NCBI RefSeq assembly: GCF_009834535.1
Contig: NC_045701.1
Location: 32,798,001 to 32,862,000, forward strand
Length of the DNA stretch: 64,000 bases
Origin: Camelus ferus
Lineage: Eukaryota
Reading direction: 5' to 3'
The notes under the pieces are model-generated. The model ran no database searches. It worked only from the letters and a program-made list of their open reading frames with translations, and was not told the origin of the DNA. Shown here in pieces: positions 1 to 11,887 of this stretch. Made by a program: the position numbers and the translations under genes. Every line of letters starts with the position of its first letter. Position 1 is the first letter of the stretch.

Positions 1-1804
1 CTTTCTTCTAGTGATTTTATTTCTAGGACTTTATCCTGCGTTAGGTCTAAAGTGTGTGTTTGTGGGGGGTGTATAAAAGGGTTACTCACAGAGATGTTCA
101 TCACACCATTACTTAATAAAAGATCTCAAAATGGAATCAGTGTTGATGTCCAAAATAGGGAGCTAGTAAAATATTACACATTCACATTGTATATCATGCA
201 GCCTTTACCGTCTACATTATCCCCACTCTAGAAACTAGGCTGAGAAAACAAAAGAACGAAATCTAGGCTAAGAACATTAGTAGGCAAGTTATTTTTAAAA
301 ACCTAATAAATATTTGAGGAAAAGCAAAAGCTCGCCAATTAATCAATGCAAATTAAAAATATTAACCATTTTGCTTATCTGATTGAAAAGGATGACAAAA
401 GTGATAATACTGAGATTCAGCAATTACACAGAGAAAGTGGCACTTTCACACCTGTACCTAAAGGTCCTAAAAAAAAACGGAAAAAGGAGTCTGATGTCGT
501 CATCAACCACACAGAGAAAAGTGGAGAAGGTAATGCCTAAACACCTTACACAAGTGACATCTTAGAAACAGTACTTAATCCAGCACTACATTGGGGATAA
601 GCTTTTAAAATTTTTTATAGCTTGAACGCTATGGAAACTTTAAAGTCACAACACAGAATGACATTTGCCATATGGAAGAATGTTCTCTAGGTACGTTCAG
701 GTCATAAGTAATGTATTTGACTACATGCCTGTTACTACACTTGAAAATTTAAATACTGGAATTAAGTGAATTTCCTCTACACTTGCATTTGATTCTGCCA
801 AGCACTTGGGAAACAGTTCATAAGCACATGAACGGAAGTTCAAGCTTGGGGAGTTCATGAAAGTCCAGGTAATTCCATCTTTCATGAAATTACATGCAAG
901 GATTAGCCGATTAACTCTTCGTTGTCAGTGTGAGCTTGTAGACCTACGAGTCCCCAGATCACCGCGCAGAGGGTCTGGTTAGAGCTGCTCGTGTGGGTCT
1001 TGGTCTGTCGTTTCCGTGCCGCTCACCTTACGTGCTCATCAAGAGAAGTTCAAATTTTGTGTGTTCAGTAAATTTCCTCAGAACAATAGTAGCTGTCTGA
1101 GTGAACTCCCATTGTTCCTTCAGTTGTGGCCTGGTAATCACTCTTGCTTTGGCAGTTCTTCAAAGCTTTGAAGAGTTTGAGACCTTTTCCTCGGGTTAGT
1201 TTTGGTTGTTTTTGGTAGGAAGATGGAGTGAAATCGCAGCCCCTGGCGATGCGCTGCTACCCATGTCTCAACTCCGATCACTGGGTGCCTATTTTCACTC
1301 CCCTTTCTTTGCACTCTATTCTTTATCCTTTTCTCTCTCTCTCTTCTTTTAAAGTTGTGTTAATGTTTTTAAAACAAAATAAAGTGCTGAAAAATTTAAG
1401 TAAGAATAAATTCAGATCTCCTAATGCTCAGGCACTTACACAGCTGTTACACTATTTCCCCTTTGCCCTGCTTTCTGCTTAGTACTTCTCAGATACAGAA
1501 ACACATTTCATGAGCTGTAACCATAATACAGCTAAGACACAATACATGTATTAGAGAAAGGACTAAGTTCTTTGCAGCTTTGAAGTAAGTGCTAAGCTGT
1601 GTGTGTTTACGGACAGGGAGAAAATCCTTAACTTTCATAAGATTTTCAAGAGGGCTTATCACAATTCATAAACAACTGAGAATTGCATTAGTTTCCTCTT
1701 CTGATATTTTTGCAACCATGTCCCTGTGGGACACAAAAGCCTTCACCCTGAGGAGGAAGCAGGAAAATTGGGGTCTTTCGCAGTGTCGTGATTTCCACTG
1801 AGTC

Positions 1805-2486
1805 TGTTGGGGCTCAAGTGACCTGGACGGTAACGGTCAGGGGCAGAGCCTCGTTCTTCCCTGCTCTTTCCCTGGCAGTGCCGTCCACCTGCTCAGGAGA
1901 GAGAGCTGCTCAATCTGCTTGACAAGTTCTAGAAAGAAGTGGAAGTAGCCATGGTCTGAGCAGGGGGCCAGGACAGATGAGAAGACAAGCAGGCTCCAGT
2001 CCCAGGGGGAGAGTGTATCCAGCAGGACCCTATGGGGCCTCCCTGGGACAGACCCCTCCCCCCACGCCCGGTCCTCTGCTGTGGCTCCCCTCTGAAGTGC
2101 CCAGATAATGTCCTATGCATGTTTCCTGAGGTTTCCGACGCTACAAACCTCCACCAAATGGAAAAAATGAACTATCTGATGATCATGAGCACGAGGCCCC
2201 CCCAGACCTTCTTGTCCTGAGGACTGATAATGTTAACAGCTGTGTTACCTCACGTCATCCAATCAGAGAACTGTGCATGAGCCGATCACACGCCCTGGGA
2301 CGCCCCTCCCTCACCTGGCCTTTAAAAATGCCTTGCTGAAACCTCTGGGGGCTTCCAGGGTTTTCAGACGTGTGTCCCCTGTTCTCCTTGCTCAGCCCTG
2401 CAGTACACCTTTCTCTGCTCCAAACTCGGACGTTTCTGTATTACTTGGCCTCATGGCGCCTGGCAGGCAAAACTGTGCTCGGAAGC
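1805..2486 (+). mobile_element. ERV1-like solo LTR directly upstream of the left cathepsin G gene (ends approximate)
   Basis: Starts tgttggggctc. Contains a CRE/CCAAT (cacgtcatccaatc, 2251-2264), a GC box, tttaaaaa and a degenerate polyA-region motif. Its 3' half resembles the LTR at 15209-15823. No TSD found. Confidence 0.6.
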
Positions 2487-2865
2487 GAGAGGAAATGAGG
2501 AAACAGACAGCTACCAGCTTTCAGGCTCCTTGGGAGGTTACTGAATTTGGTGGGTTTGGGGCTTTGGGACACAGCGCCCCAGCCCCCGTCCTTGTGGCCC
2601 TGGGTTCCCATTTCTGCTCCCGGCACCGACTCAGCAGCTCTACAGGGTATTGGGTGACAGCCTGGGGGGCCCTCTTTCCCCACACCACGGGCAGTTGGTG
2701 GGCTAGCCCCGTGGGCACCCTTGGGTGATGAAATCTAGCACAGCAGCAGGGGATGGGGCTGCGGATTCTCCAGCCCCCACCTCCCCCTTCCTTCCTCTCT
2801 CAGGGGCTCAAAGTCTGGCAGGAGGAAGCACCAGCAGCAACTGCCTGGCCGGCCTTCCCAGGAAG

Positions 2866-5435
2866 ATGCGGCCACTCCTGCTCCTGGTGGTCTTGCTCCT
2901 GCCCCCCAGGGCGAGGGCAGGTGAGTAACCTTCTCCGTCCCATAGACGCTGGGCCCAGACCGCCCAGGCACCTCCTAACGCTGTACCATTGGGCAGCTCA
3001 TGGGAGTTCACAGCTCCTCAGCTTTCTCATCTGTAAAACAGGGATTCTGTCAACGCCTACCTCAGAGAATCACTGAGAGTGAGAGTACCTCCCGCAGAGA
3101 AAGTTCTTGGAATTGCCCCTGGGATACAGTACTTTCTGTTCTCCGTGGCGGCGTCCACACTCCTTCTGCAGCTCATGGGGCAGAGCCTAGGAGAGGAAGA
3201 CACAGCGATAGCAGCCGCATCAGCCCACGTCTAGATCCTTAAACACCAGTCCCGTGCTGGGCCCGGGCGGGCCTTGAGCTGGACTCCCAGGGATCTGGGA
3301 CGCTCCCTGAGGAAGATAGTACCACAGAGGTTCAGGGAGAGGCCACTCCAGAGGGCTCTGGATTTGCCATCCTGACAGCAGAGAAACCCTCCTCCTTCTG
3401 GGGGCTGGACCTGGCCCTGCCTTGTGCGGAGGTGGGAGGGAGCAGAGGCTGGGATGGGGAGTCAGCAGTGCTTCCTGCAGAATCTGGAGCCCTCTCCCAG
3501 TGCTGCTGCTCTGCAGACCCCAATTCCCACCACCAACCTCCCCTGTGCCTCAATCATCTCTCCTGCATCCCAATCTTCCCGGCTTTCGGGAGTCACCAAA
3601 CTGATGCCCACATCCCCCCCCACCACCACCACCACCAGTGCAGAGATAAGTGCCTAATGCTTCCTTTCAGGGAAGATCATCGGAGGACAAGAAGCCAGGC
3701 CCCATTCCTTCCCCTACATGGCATATGTTCGCGGCCGAACTTCACTGGCTCTCATAACTTGTGGAGGATTCCTGGTGCGAGAAGACTTTGTCATGACAGC
3801 GGCTCACTGCTTGGGAAGGTGAGGAACTAAGGAGCTTCTGGCAGCCAGTAAGGCAGACCCAGAAGAGTTCACGAGGGGAGCCATCTGTAAGCAGGGTTCT
3901 AGCCAGGAAGGGGTCAAAAACAGACCAGGTGGGTCTTGGGGGCAGGGGGTGGCCAGTGCAAATGGGGAGAAAAGGAGGACGTGATAAAAAAAAAAGAGCA
4001 GAAGGGGAGATCGAAGGCACACATCAGGGCTCAGAATAGGGATTCAAGTTCTTTCTCTGTTATTCTGGGGGAGGCAAAACTTAAGAGCTCTGCGTACCCC
4101 AATCCCCAGCTCAAGGCTGGGGCACAGGTCAATCAGCCCCAACCCCACCCTCTCCTCAGTTCCCTCAGCTGCAGTCTCCTGCCTGGGCTGTTCCCCTGGC
4201 CCGCAGAGCTGTGGACCTGAGCTCCTGCAGCAGCTCATACCTACCTCTAGCCTCCCTTCCTCTGCAGCCAAATGAATGTGATCCTGGGGGCCCACAACAT
4301 CAGCAGGTCTGAAAGCACCCAGCAGCAAGTATCTGTGCGCAGAGCCATCCGCCACCCCAGATACAATCAGCAGAACAACCAGAACGACATCATGTTACTG
4401 CAGGTACCGCCTGCCTGACCCTCTGCTTCTTCAGCCCACATGGCTGCTCCCAGCTGGAGCCTCATGGGTCTGGGACCAGGGAGGAGGAAGCAGGGGGCAG
4501 ATGCCCAGGGCACTGGTGGGCACGGGGTGAGGTCGGCATACGTGGCCCCTGAGTGCCTGCCCTCCTCCGGCCAGCTGGCGAGCAGAGTCAGGCGGAATCG
4601 AGCCGTGATGCCAGTGGCCCTGCCTCAGAGCCAGAGCAGGCTGAGTCCGGGGACCGTGTGCACCGCGACCGGCTGGGGCCTGGTCGGCCTGAACAGGAGG
4701 ACAGACACACTCCGGGTTGTGCAGCTGAGAGTGCAGAGGGATGGGGAGTGTCACAGACGCTTCAGTTTCTACACTGGCCAAACGCAGATTTGTGTGGGGG
4801 ACCCAAGAGAAATGAAGTCTGCCTTCCTGGTAAGACCATGGGCATCACGAAACCCTGCATGAGACAGAAGGGGCTGGGCAGACTGGGTACTGGGGACAGA
4901 CTACATCCTTGTGGCCTCAGTCTGGAACCCAGACCAGAGTGAGGTGGGGGCTTTTCCCATCAATCCTGTCTCTGGGGACCAGGAGGAGCAGCAGACACAC
5001 AGGACACACAAGTGCAGCCTTCTCCTGGGGAGGGTGAATGTACCTTGACCTGGGTTGCCTGGAGAAGTAACCTCAGCCAGGGCTGAAGGCCAGTGATGGA
5101 AAAATCCAGAAGCTTGACTTCTGTACCCCCACCACCCAGCCATCTCACACACACCCAGCAATGGAAGGAGCCCACCCACCCCTGTCTTCTCTGAGGGCCA
5201 GACCTAGGGCAGCAGGAGTGGGAGCCCTGGAGGGGGGAGGCCTGGCTTAGCGTCCCTTCCTCTGTTTCCACAGGGAGACTCTGGAGGCCCCCTGGTGTGT
5301 AACAACATGGCCCAGGGCATTGTCTCCTATGGAAATCAGTTGGGAACTCCTCCAGCAGTCTTCACCAGGGTTTCCAGCTTCCAGCACTGGATAAGGAGAA
5401 CAATGAGACGCTTTGCAAAGCGGGGACCAGACTGA
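2866..5435 (+). CDS. CTSG: Cathepsin G, left-arm copy; intact, catalytic triad present, 251 aa
   Basis: Exons 2866-2920, 3671-3818, 4268-4403, 4575-4829, 5274-5435 (55/148/136/255/162 nt), all GT-AG. Signal [18 protein letters not shown], propeptide GK, mature [33 protein letters not shown]. Exon 4 [17 protein letters not shown] closely matches cathepsin G. AATAAA at 5499. Confidence 0.92.
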
Positions 5436-5498
5436 GACCCCACTGAAACTGACTCTTTCTGGGGCAGAGGCCAGCTCCACGGTGGTTCCCAGAGCCTT

Positions 5499-5504
5499 AA
5501 TAAA
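5499..5504 (+). terminator. Polyadenylation signal of the left CTSG
   Basis: AATAAA 64 nt after the stop codon. Confidence 0.7.
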
Positions 5505-5934
5505 TGTCTAAGCCTAGAGCCGAAATAACTGATTTCTCATTTGTTCGTAAACATGATTCAGAACACAATAAATGTACACCAGGACTGAGTCTGAGCTCCT
5601 CCCGGAAAATAGGGTCTCTTGCCCAGGACATGCAAACCCCTGTCCCTACCGTCCTGGGGGTCAGGATGAGCGTCCTCCCTTCCTCTGTCACTGCTCCACC
5701 CACAGCCTCAGGGAGTGATGGAGAGACATCTCTCTCCCCAGAGCAAGGCTCCTTATTGTTACCCTCCCAGAGACTCCCCGCTAGGTGTTAAGGTGTACCC
5801 CAAACCGTGTGCCATCGGCGTGGGTAGGACTGGCCGACCAAAGGAACAGAACTGAAATTCCACACGCGGCCCACTTTAACATGTGGGTCACGTGGCGTCT
5901 CAAATCACTGGGAAACAGTGAACTCTTAATAGAT

Positions 5935-6180
5935 GCTGTCTAAACAAACTGATAGTCATTTGGGGAGAAAAGATAAAGCTGGATCCGGGCTTCTCATCAT
6001 AAACCGAAATAACACCTCAAATGGGATCAAAGAGCTAAATGTGAAAAGTCACACCAAGCGAGTACTAGAAGAAAGACAAAAAATTTACTTTCGTAAAAAT
6101 ATCTAACAAACACCCATGTTGAAAGCAGCGCTATTCACGGTGGCCAAGAGATGGGAGCAACCCAAGTGTCTACGGACAGC
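5935..6180 (+). mobile_element. Old L1 3'-region remnant (mirrored at ~7520-7765)
   Basis: Resembles L1 ORF2 3'/3'UTR text (atcaaagagctaaatgtgaaa; gcagcgctattcacggtggccaagagatgggagcaacccaagtgtc). Confidence 0.5.
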
Positions 6181-6554
6181 TGGACCCTTTTCTCCTAAGC
6201 CCTTACCCACACCAGCCCCCACTGCGCTCTCGGCCGGTGTTCTCATTTTCAGTGTGACGAGGGTCTCCTTCTGGTTTTGTCACCCTAAAATTATACAAAA
6301 CTCTACACAATGTGTTCACTAAAATAAAATGACTTTTATGCTAAAGAATAGCCCATGACTACTACATCAATGTGGTAATCAAATAAAAGAGTTCTGAAGT
6401 CACATAATTTAAACCTAAACTTTTAACACCTTGAGGGAACGAGAAAGAACCAGCTGGGAGGTTCTTCTACATCCATCAAATGTTAACTACTCCTCACAGT
6501 GTGAATTTTGCCATCTCAACTTCTGCAGTGTCCATAATCTTAAATGGAATAATC

Positions 6555-7144
6555 TATAAACAGATATCAAATCCAACTGGCAATGGGTAGCCAGGGTCAC
6601 AATGGATAATGCATCTGACTGTGGATCAGAACATTTTAGTTTCACTCCTAGCTGGCTCGTTCCTCCTTTTAAATGCAATCTTCTTTAAATTGACATCCAA
6701 ATGAATTTTTTTTTTTTCAAAATGAAACTTTTTGGAATCCAACTGGCTATACATAGAAATGCTTTGGTAAATTTGATCATTCTTTTATAGACATTTCTTG
6801 TCAGAAAGTCATTTGCCTAGTGTTCAGTATAAGGATTTATTGACAAAATTTTAATCAACAATACATCTTTGCCAATACTCAGTTATTTTTGCTATATTTG
6901 CCACCACCTACGAATAGGAATTTTTTCTTACTTATATATTCTCAAGGAGAACAGTCTCATTATTAGATGTTTGCGTGGCACATGGAAAGCGCGCTTGCTG
7001 GTGGAAGGGGGAGGAGAGGGCAGAGGAAGAGCCCTGTTCCGTGCAGCCCTTCCTCCTTCTGACATTTACAGGAGGCCCGGAGCACCGACCTGGTCCCCAG
7101 CAAACTCCCAGGGGAGTGCGCTTTCCATTTGATTTGTGTTCAGT
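6555..7144. other. Unique 590-bp palindrome spacer
   Basis: Arm complementarity stops at aatggaataatc (6554) / gattattccatt (7145). The same spacer occurs reverse-complemented at 27706-28294. Confidence 0.93.
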
Positions 7145-8194
7145 GATTATTCCATTTAAGATAATGGACACTGCAGAAGTTGAGATGGCAAAATTCACAC
7201 TGTGAGGAGTAGTTAACATTTGATGGATGTAGAAGAACCTCCCAGCTGGTTCTTTCTCGTTCCCTCAAGGTGTTAAAAGTTTAGGTTTAAATTATGTGAC
7301 TTCAGAACTCTTTTATTTGATTACCACATTGATGTAGTAGTCATGGGCTATTCTTTAGCATAAAAGTCATTTTATTTTAGTGAACACATTGTGTAGAGTT
7401 TTGTATAATTTTAGGTTGACAAAACCAGAAGGAGACCCTCGTCACACTGAAAATGAGAACACCGGCCGAGAGCGCAGTGGGGGCTGGTGTGGGTAAGGGC
7501 TTAGGAGAAAAGGGTCCAGCTGTCCGTAGACACTTGGGTTGCTCCCATCTCTTGGCCACCGTGAATAGCGCTGCTTTCAACATGGGTGTTTGTTAGATAT
7601 TTTTACGAAAGTAAATTTTTTGTCTTTCTTCTAGTACTCGCTTGGTGTGACTTTTCACATTTAGCTCTTTGATCCCATTTGAGGTGTTATTTCGGTTTAT
7701 GATGAGAAGCCCGGATCCAGCTTTATCTTTTCTCCCCAAATGACTATCAGTTTGTTTAGACAGCATCTATTAAGAGTTCACTGTTTCCCAGTGATTTGAG
7801 ACGCCACGTGACCCACATGTTAAAGTGGGCCGCGTGTGGAATTTCAGTTCTGTTTCTTTGGTCGGCCAGTCCTACCCACGCCGATGGCACACGGTTTGGG
7901 GTACACCTTAACACCTAGCGGGGAGTCTCTGGGAGGGTAACAATAAGGAGCCTTGCTCTGGGGAGAGAGATGTCTCTCCATCACTCCCTGAGGCTGTGGG
8001 TGGAGCAGTGACAGAGGAAGGGAGGACGCTCATCCTGACCCCCAGGACGGTAGGGACAGGGGTTTGCATGTCCTGGGCAAGAGACCCTATTTTCCGGGAG
8101 GAGCTCAGACTCAGTCCTGGTGTACATTTATTGTGTTCTGAATCATGTTTACGAACAAATGAGAAATCAGTTATTTCGGCTCTAGGCTTAGACA

Positions 8195-8200
8195 TTTATT
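8195..8200 (-). terminator. Polyadenylation signal of the right CTSG
   Basis: tttatt on the plus strand = AATAAA on the minus strand. Confidence 0.7.
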
Positions 8201-8263
8201 AAGGCTCTGGGAACCACCGTGGAGCTGGCCTCTGCCCCAGAAAGAGTCAGTTTCAGTGGGGTC

Positions 8264-10827
8264 TCAGTCTGGTCCCCGCTTTGCAAAGCGTCTCATTGTT
8301 CTCCTTATCCAGTGCTGGAAGCTGGAAACCCTGGTGAAGACTGCTGGAGGAGTTCCCAACTGATTTCCATAGGAGACAATGCCCTGGGCCATGTTGTTAC
8401 ACACCAGGGGGCCTCCAGAGTCTCCCTGTGGAAACAGAGGAAGGGACGCTAAGCCAGGCCTCCCCCCTCCAGGGCTCCCACTCCTGCTGCCCTAGGTCTG
8501 GCCCTCAGAGAAGACAGGGGTGGGTGGGCTCCTTCCATTGCTGGGTGTGTGTGAGATGGCTGGGTGGTGGGGGTACAGAAGTCAAGCTTCTGGATTTTTC
8601 CATCACTGGCCTTCAGCCCTGGCTGAGGTTACTTCTCCAGGCAACCCAGGTCAAGGTACCTTCACCCTCCCCAGGAGAAGGCTGCACTTGTGTGTCCTGT
8701 GTGTCTGCTGCTCCTCCTGGTCCCCAGAGACAGGATTGATGGGAAAAGCCCCCACCTCACTCTGGTCTGGGTTCCAGACTGAGGCCACAAGGATGTAGTC
8801 TGTCCCCAGTACCCAGTCTGCCCAGCCCCTTCTGTCTCATGCAGGGTTTCGTGATGCCCATGGTCTTACCAGGAAGGCAGACTTCATTTCTCTTGGGTCC
8901 CCCACACAAATCTGCGTTTGGCCAGTGTAGAAATCGAAGCGTCTGTGACACTCCCCATCCCTCTGCACTCTTAGCTGCACAACCCGGAGTGTGTCTGTCC
9001 TCCTGTTCAGGCCGACCAGGCCCCAGCCGGTCGCGGTGCACACGGTCCCCGGACTCAGCCTGCTCTGGCTCTGAGGCAGGGCCACTGGCATCACGGCTCG
9101 ATTCCGCCTGACTCTGCTCGCCAGCTGGCCGGAGGAGGGCAGGCACTCAGGGGCCACGTATGCCGACCTCACCCCGTGCCCACCAGTGCCCTGGGCATCT
9201 GCCCCTGCTTCCTCCTCCCTGGTCCCAGACCCATGAGGCTCCAGCTGGGAGCAGCCATGTGGGCTGAAGAAGCAGAGGGTCAGGCAGGCGGTACCTGCAG
9301 TAACATGATGTCGTTCTGGTTGTTCTGCTGATTGTATCTGGGGTGGCGGATGGCTCTGCGCACAGATACTTGCTGCTGGGTGCTTTCAGACCTGCTGATG
9401 TTGTGGGCCCCCAGGATCACATTCATTTGGCTGCAGAGGAAGGGAGGCTAGAGGTAGGTATGAGCTGCTGCAGGAGCTCAGGTCCGCAGCTCTGCGGGCC
9501 AGGGGAACAGCCCAGGCAGGAGACTGCAGCTGAGGGAACTGAGGAGAGGGTGGGGTTGGGGCTGATTGACCTGTGCCCCAGCCTTGAGCTGGGGATGGGG
9601 GTATGCAGAGCTCTTAAGTTTTGCCTCCCCCAGAATAACAGAGAAAGAACTTGAATCCCTATTCTGAGCCCTGATGTGTGCCTTCGATCTCCCCTTCTGC
9701 TCTTTTTTTTTATCACGTCCTCCTTTTCTCCCCATTTGCACTGGCCACCCCCTGCCCCCAAGACCCACCTGGTCTGTTTTTGACCCCTTCCTGGCTAGAA
9801 CCCTGCTTACAGATGGCTCCCCTCGTGAACTCTTCTGGGTCTGCCTTACTGGCTGCCAGAAGCTCCTTAGTTCCTCACCTTCCCAAGCAGCGAGCCGCTG
9901 TCATGACAAAGTCTTCTCGCACCAGGAATCCTCCACAAATGGTTGCCCCCACTTGAGTCTGGATCTGAACATATGCCATGTAGGGGAAGGAATGGGGCCT
10001 GGCTTCTTGTCCTCCGATGATCTTCCCTGAAAGGAAGCATTAGGCACTTATCTCTGCACTGGTGGTGGTGGGGGGGGGGGGGATGTGGGCATCAGTTTGG
10101 TGACTCCCGAAAGCCGGGAAGATTGGGATGCAGGAGAGATGATTGAGGCACAGGGGAGGTTGGTGGTGGGAATTGGGGTCTGCAGAGCAGCAGCACTGGG
10201 AGAGGGCTCCAGATTCTGCAGGAAGCACTGCTGACTCCCCATCCCAGCCTCTGCTCCCTCCCACCTCCCCACAAGGCAGGGCCAGGTCCAGCCCCCAGAA
10301 GGAGGAGGGTTTCTCTGCTGTCAGGATGGCAAATCCAGAGCCCTCTGGAGTGGCCTCTCCCTGAACCTCTGTGGTACTATCTTCCTCAGGGAGCGTCCCA
10401 GATCCCTGGGAGTCCAGCTCAAGGCCCGCCCGGGCCCAGCACGTGACTGGTGTTTAAGGATCTAGACGTGGGCTGATGCGGCTGCTATCGCTGTGTCTTC
10501 CTCTCCTAGGCTCTGCCCCACGAGCTGCAGAAGGAGTGTGGACGCCACCGAGAACAGCAAGTACTGTATCCCAGGGGCAATTCCAAGAGCTTTCTCTGCG
10601 GGAGGTACTCTCACTCTCAGTGATTCTCTGAGGTAGGCGTTGACAGAATCCCTGTTTTACAGATGAGAAAGCTGAGGAGCTGTGAACTCCCATGAGCTGC
10701 CCAATGGTACAGCGTTAGGAGGTGCCTGGGCGGTCTGGGCCCAGCGTCTATGGGACGGAGAAGGTTACTCACCTGCCCTCGCCCTGGGGGGCAGGAGCAA
10801 GACCACCAGGAGCAGGAGTGGCCGCAT
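8264..10827 (-). CDS. CTSG: Cathepsin G paralog, right-arm copy; open ORF but catalytic His57->Arg (predicted inactive protease)
   Basis: Exons 10827-10773, 10026-9879, 9430-9295, 9124-8870, 8425-8264, all GT-AG and in frame. TAARC (CGC at 9892-9890) replaces TAAHC. Confidence 0.9.
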
Positions 10828-11206
10828 CTTCCTGGGAAGGCCGGCCAGGCAGTTGCTGCTGGTGCTTCCTCCTGCCAGACTTTGAGCCCCTGAGAGAGGA
10901 AGGAAGGGGGAGGTGGGGGCTGGAGAATCCGCAGCCCCATCCCCTGCTGCTGTGCTAGATTTCATCACCCAAGGGTGCCCACGGGGCTAGCCCACCAACT
11001 GCCCGTGGTGTGGGGAAAGAGGGCCCCCCAGGCTGTCACCCAATACCCTGTAGAGCTGCTGAGTCAGTGCCGGGAGCAGAAATGGGAACCCAGGGCCCCA
11101 AGGACGGGGGCTGGGGCGCTGTGTCCCAAAGCCCCAAACCCACCAAATTCAGTAACCTCCCAAGGAGCCTGAAAGCTGGTAGCTGTCTGTTTCCTCATTT
11201 CCTCTC

Positions 11207-11887
11207 GCTTCCGAGCACAGTTTTGCCTGCCAGGCGCCATGAGGCCAAGTAATACAGAAACGTCCGAGTTTGGAGCAGAGAAAGGTGTACTGCAGGGCTG
11301 AGCAAGGAGAACAGGGGACACACGTCTGAAAACCCTGGAAGCCCCCAGAGGTTTCAGCAAGGCATTTTTAAAGGCCAGGTGAGGGAGGGGCGTCCCAGGG
11401 CGTGTGATCGGCTCATGCACAGTTCTCTGATTGGATGACGTGAGGTAACACAGCTGTTAATATTATCAGTCCCCAGGACAAGAAGGTCTGGGGGCCTCGT
11501 GCTCATGATCATCAGATAGTTCATTTTTTCCATTTGGTGGAGGTTTGTAGCGTCGGAAACCTCAGGAAACATGCATAGGACATTATCTGGGCACTTCAGA
11601 GGGGAGCCACAGCAGAGGACCGGGCGTGGGGGGAGGGGTCTGTCCCAGGGAGGCCCCATAGGGTCCTGCTGGATACACTCTCCCCCTGGGACTGGAGCCT
11701 GCTTGTCTTCTCATCTGTCCTGGCCCCCTGCTCAGACCATGGCTACTTCCACTTCTTTCTAGAACTTGTCAAGCAGATTGAGCAGCTCTCTCTCCTGAGC
11801 AGGTGGACGGCACTGCCAGGGAAAGAGCAGGGAAGAACGAGGCTCTGCCCCTGACCGTTACCGTCCCAGGTCACTTGAGCCCCAACA
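11207..11887 (-). mobile_element. ERV1-like solo LTR (mirror of 1805-2486)
   Basis: Reverse complement of the left-arm LTR. Confidence 0.6.

Larger units (their letters stand above)
1..6554 (+). repeat. Left arm of a large inverted repeat (palindrome); may extend beyond the window start
   Basis: Bases 1-60 are the reverse complement of 13632-13691. Paired coordinates sum to 13692-13699 along the whole arm (2866/10827, 3671/10026, 5435/8264, 6554/7145). The ORF track is mirrored. Confidence 0.97.

Noticed and set aside
560-1500. CpG-containing segment with a possible minus-strand splice donor (rc of ctcaccttacg at ~1022-1032)
   Set aside because: No open frame with recognisable homology and no matching acceptor could be supported by eye
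3671-3675. Gly-Lys rather than Gly-Glu propeptide in CTSG as a novelty
   Set aside because: GK propeptides occur in related enzymes such as bovine duodenase and are also in the duodenase-like gene here; not distinctive on its own
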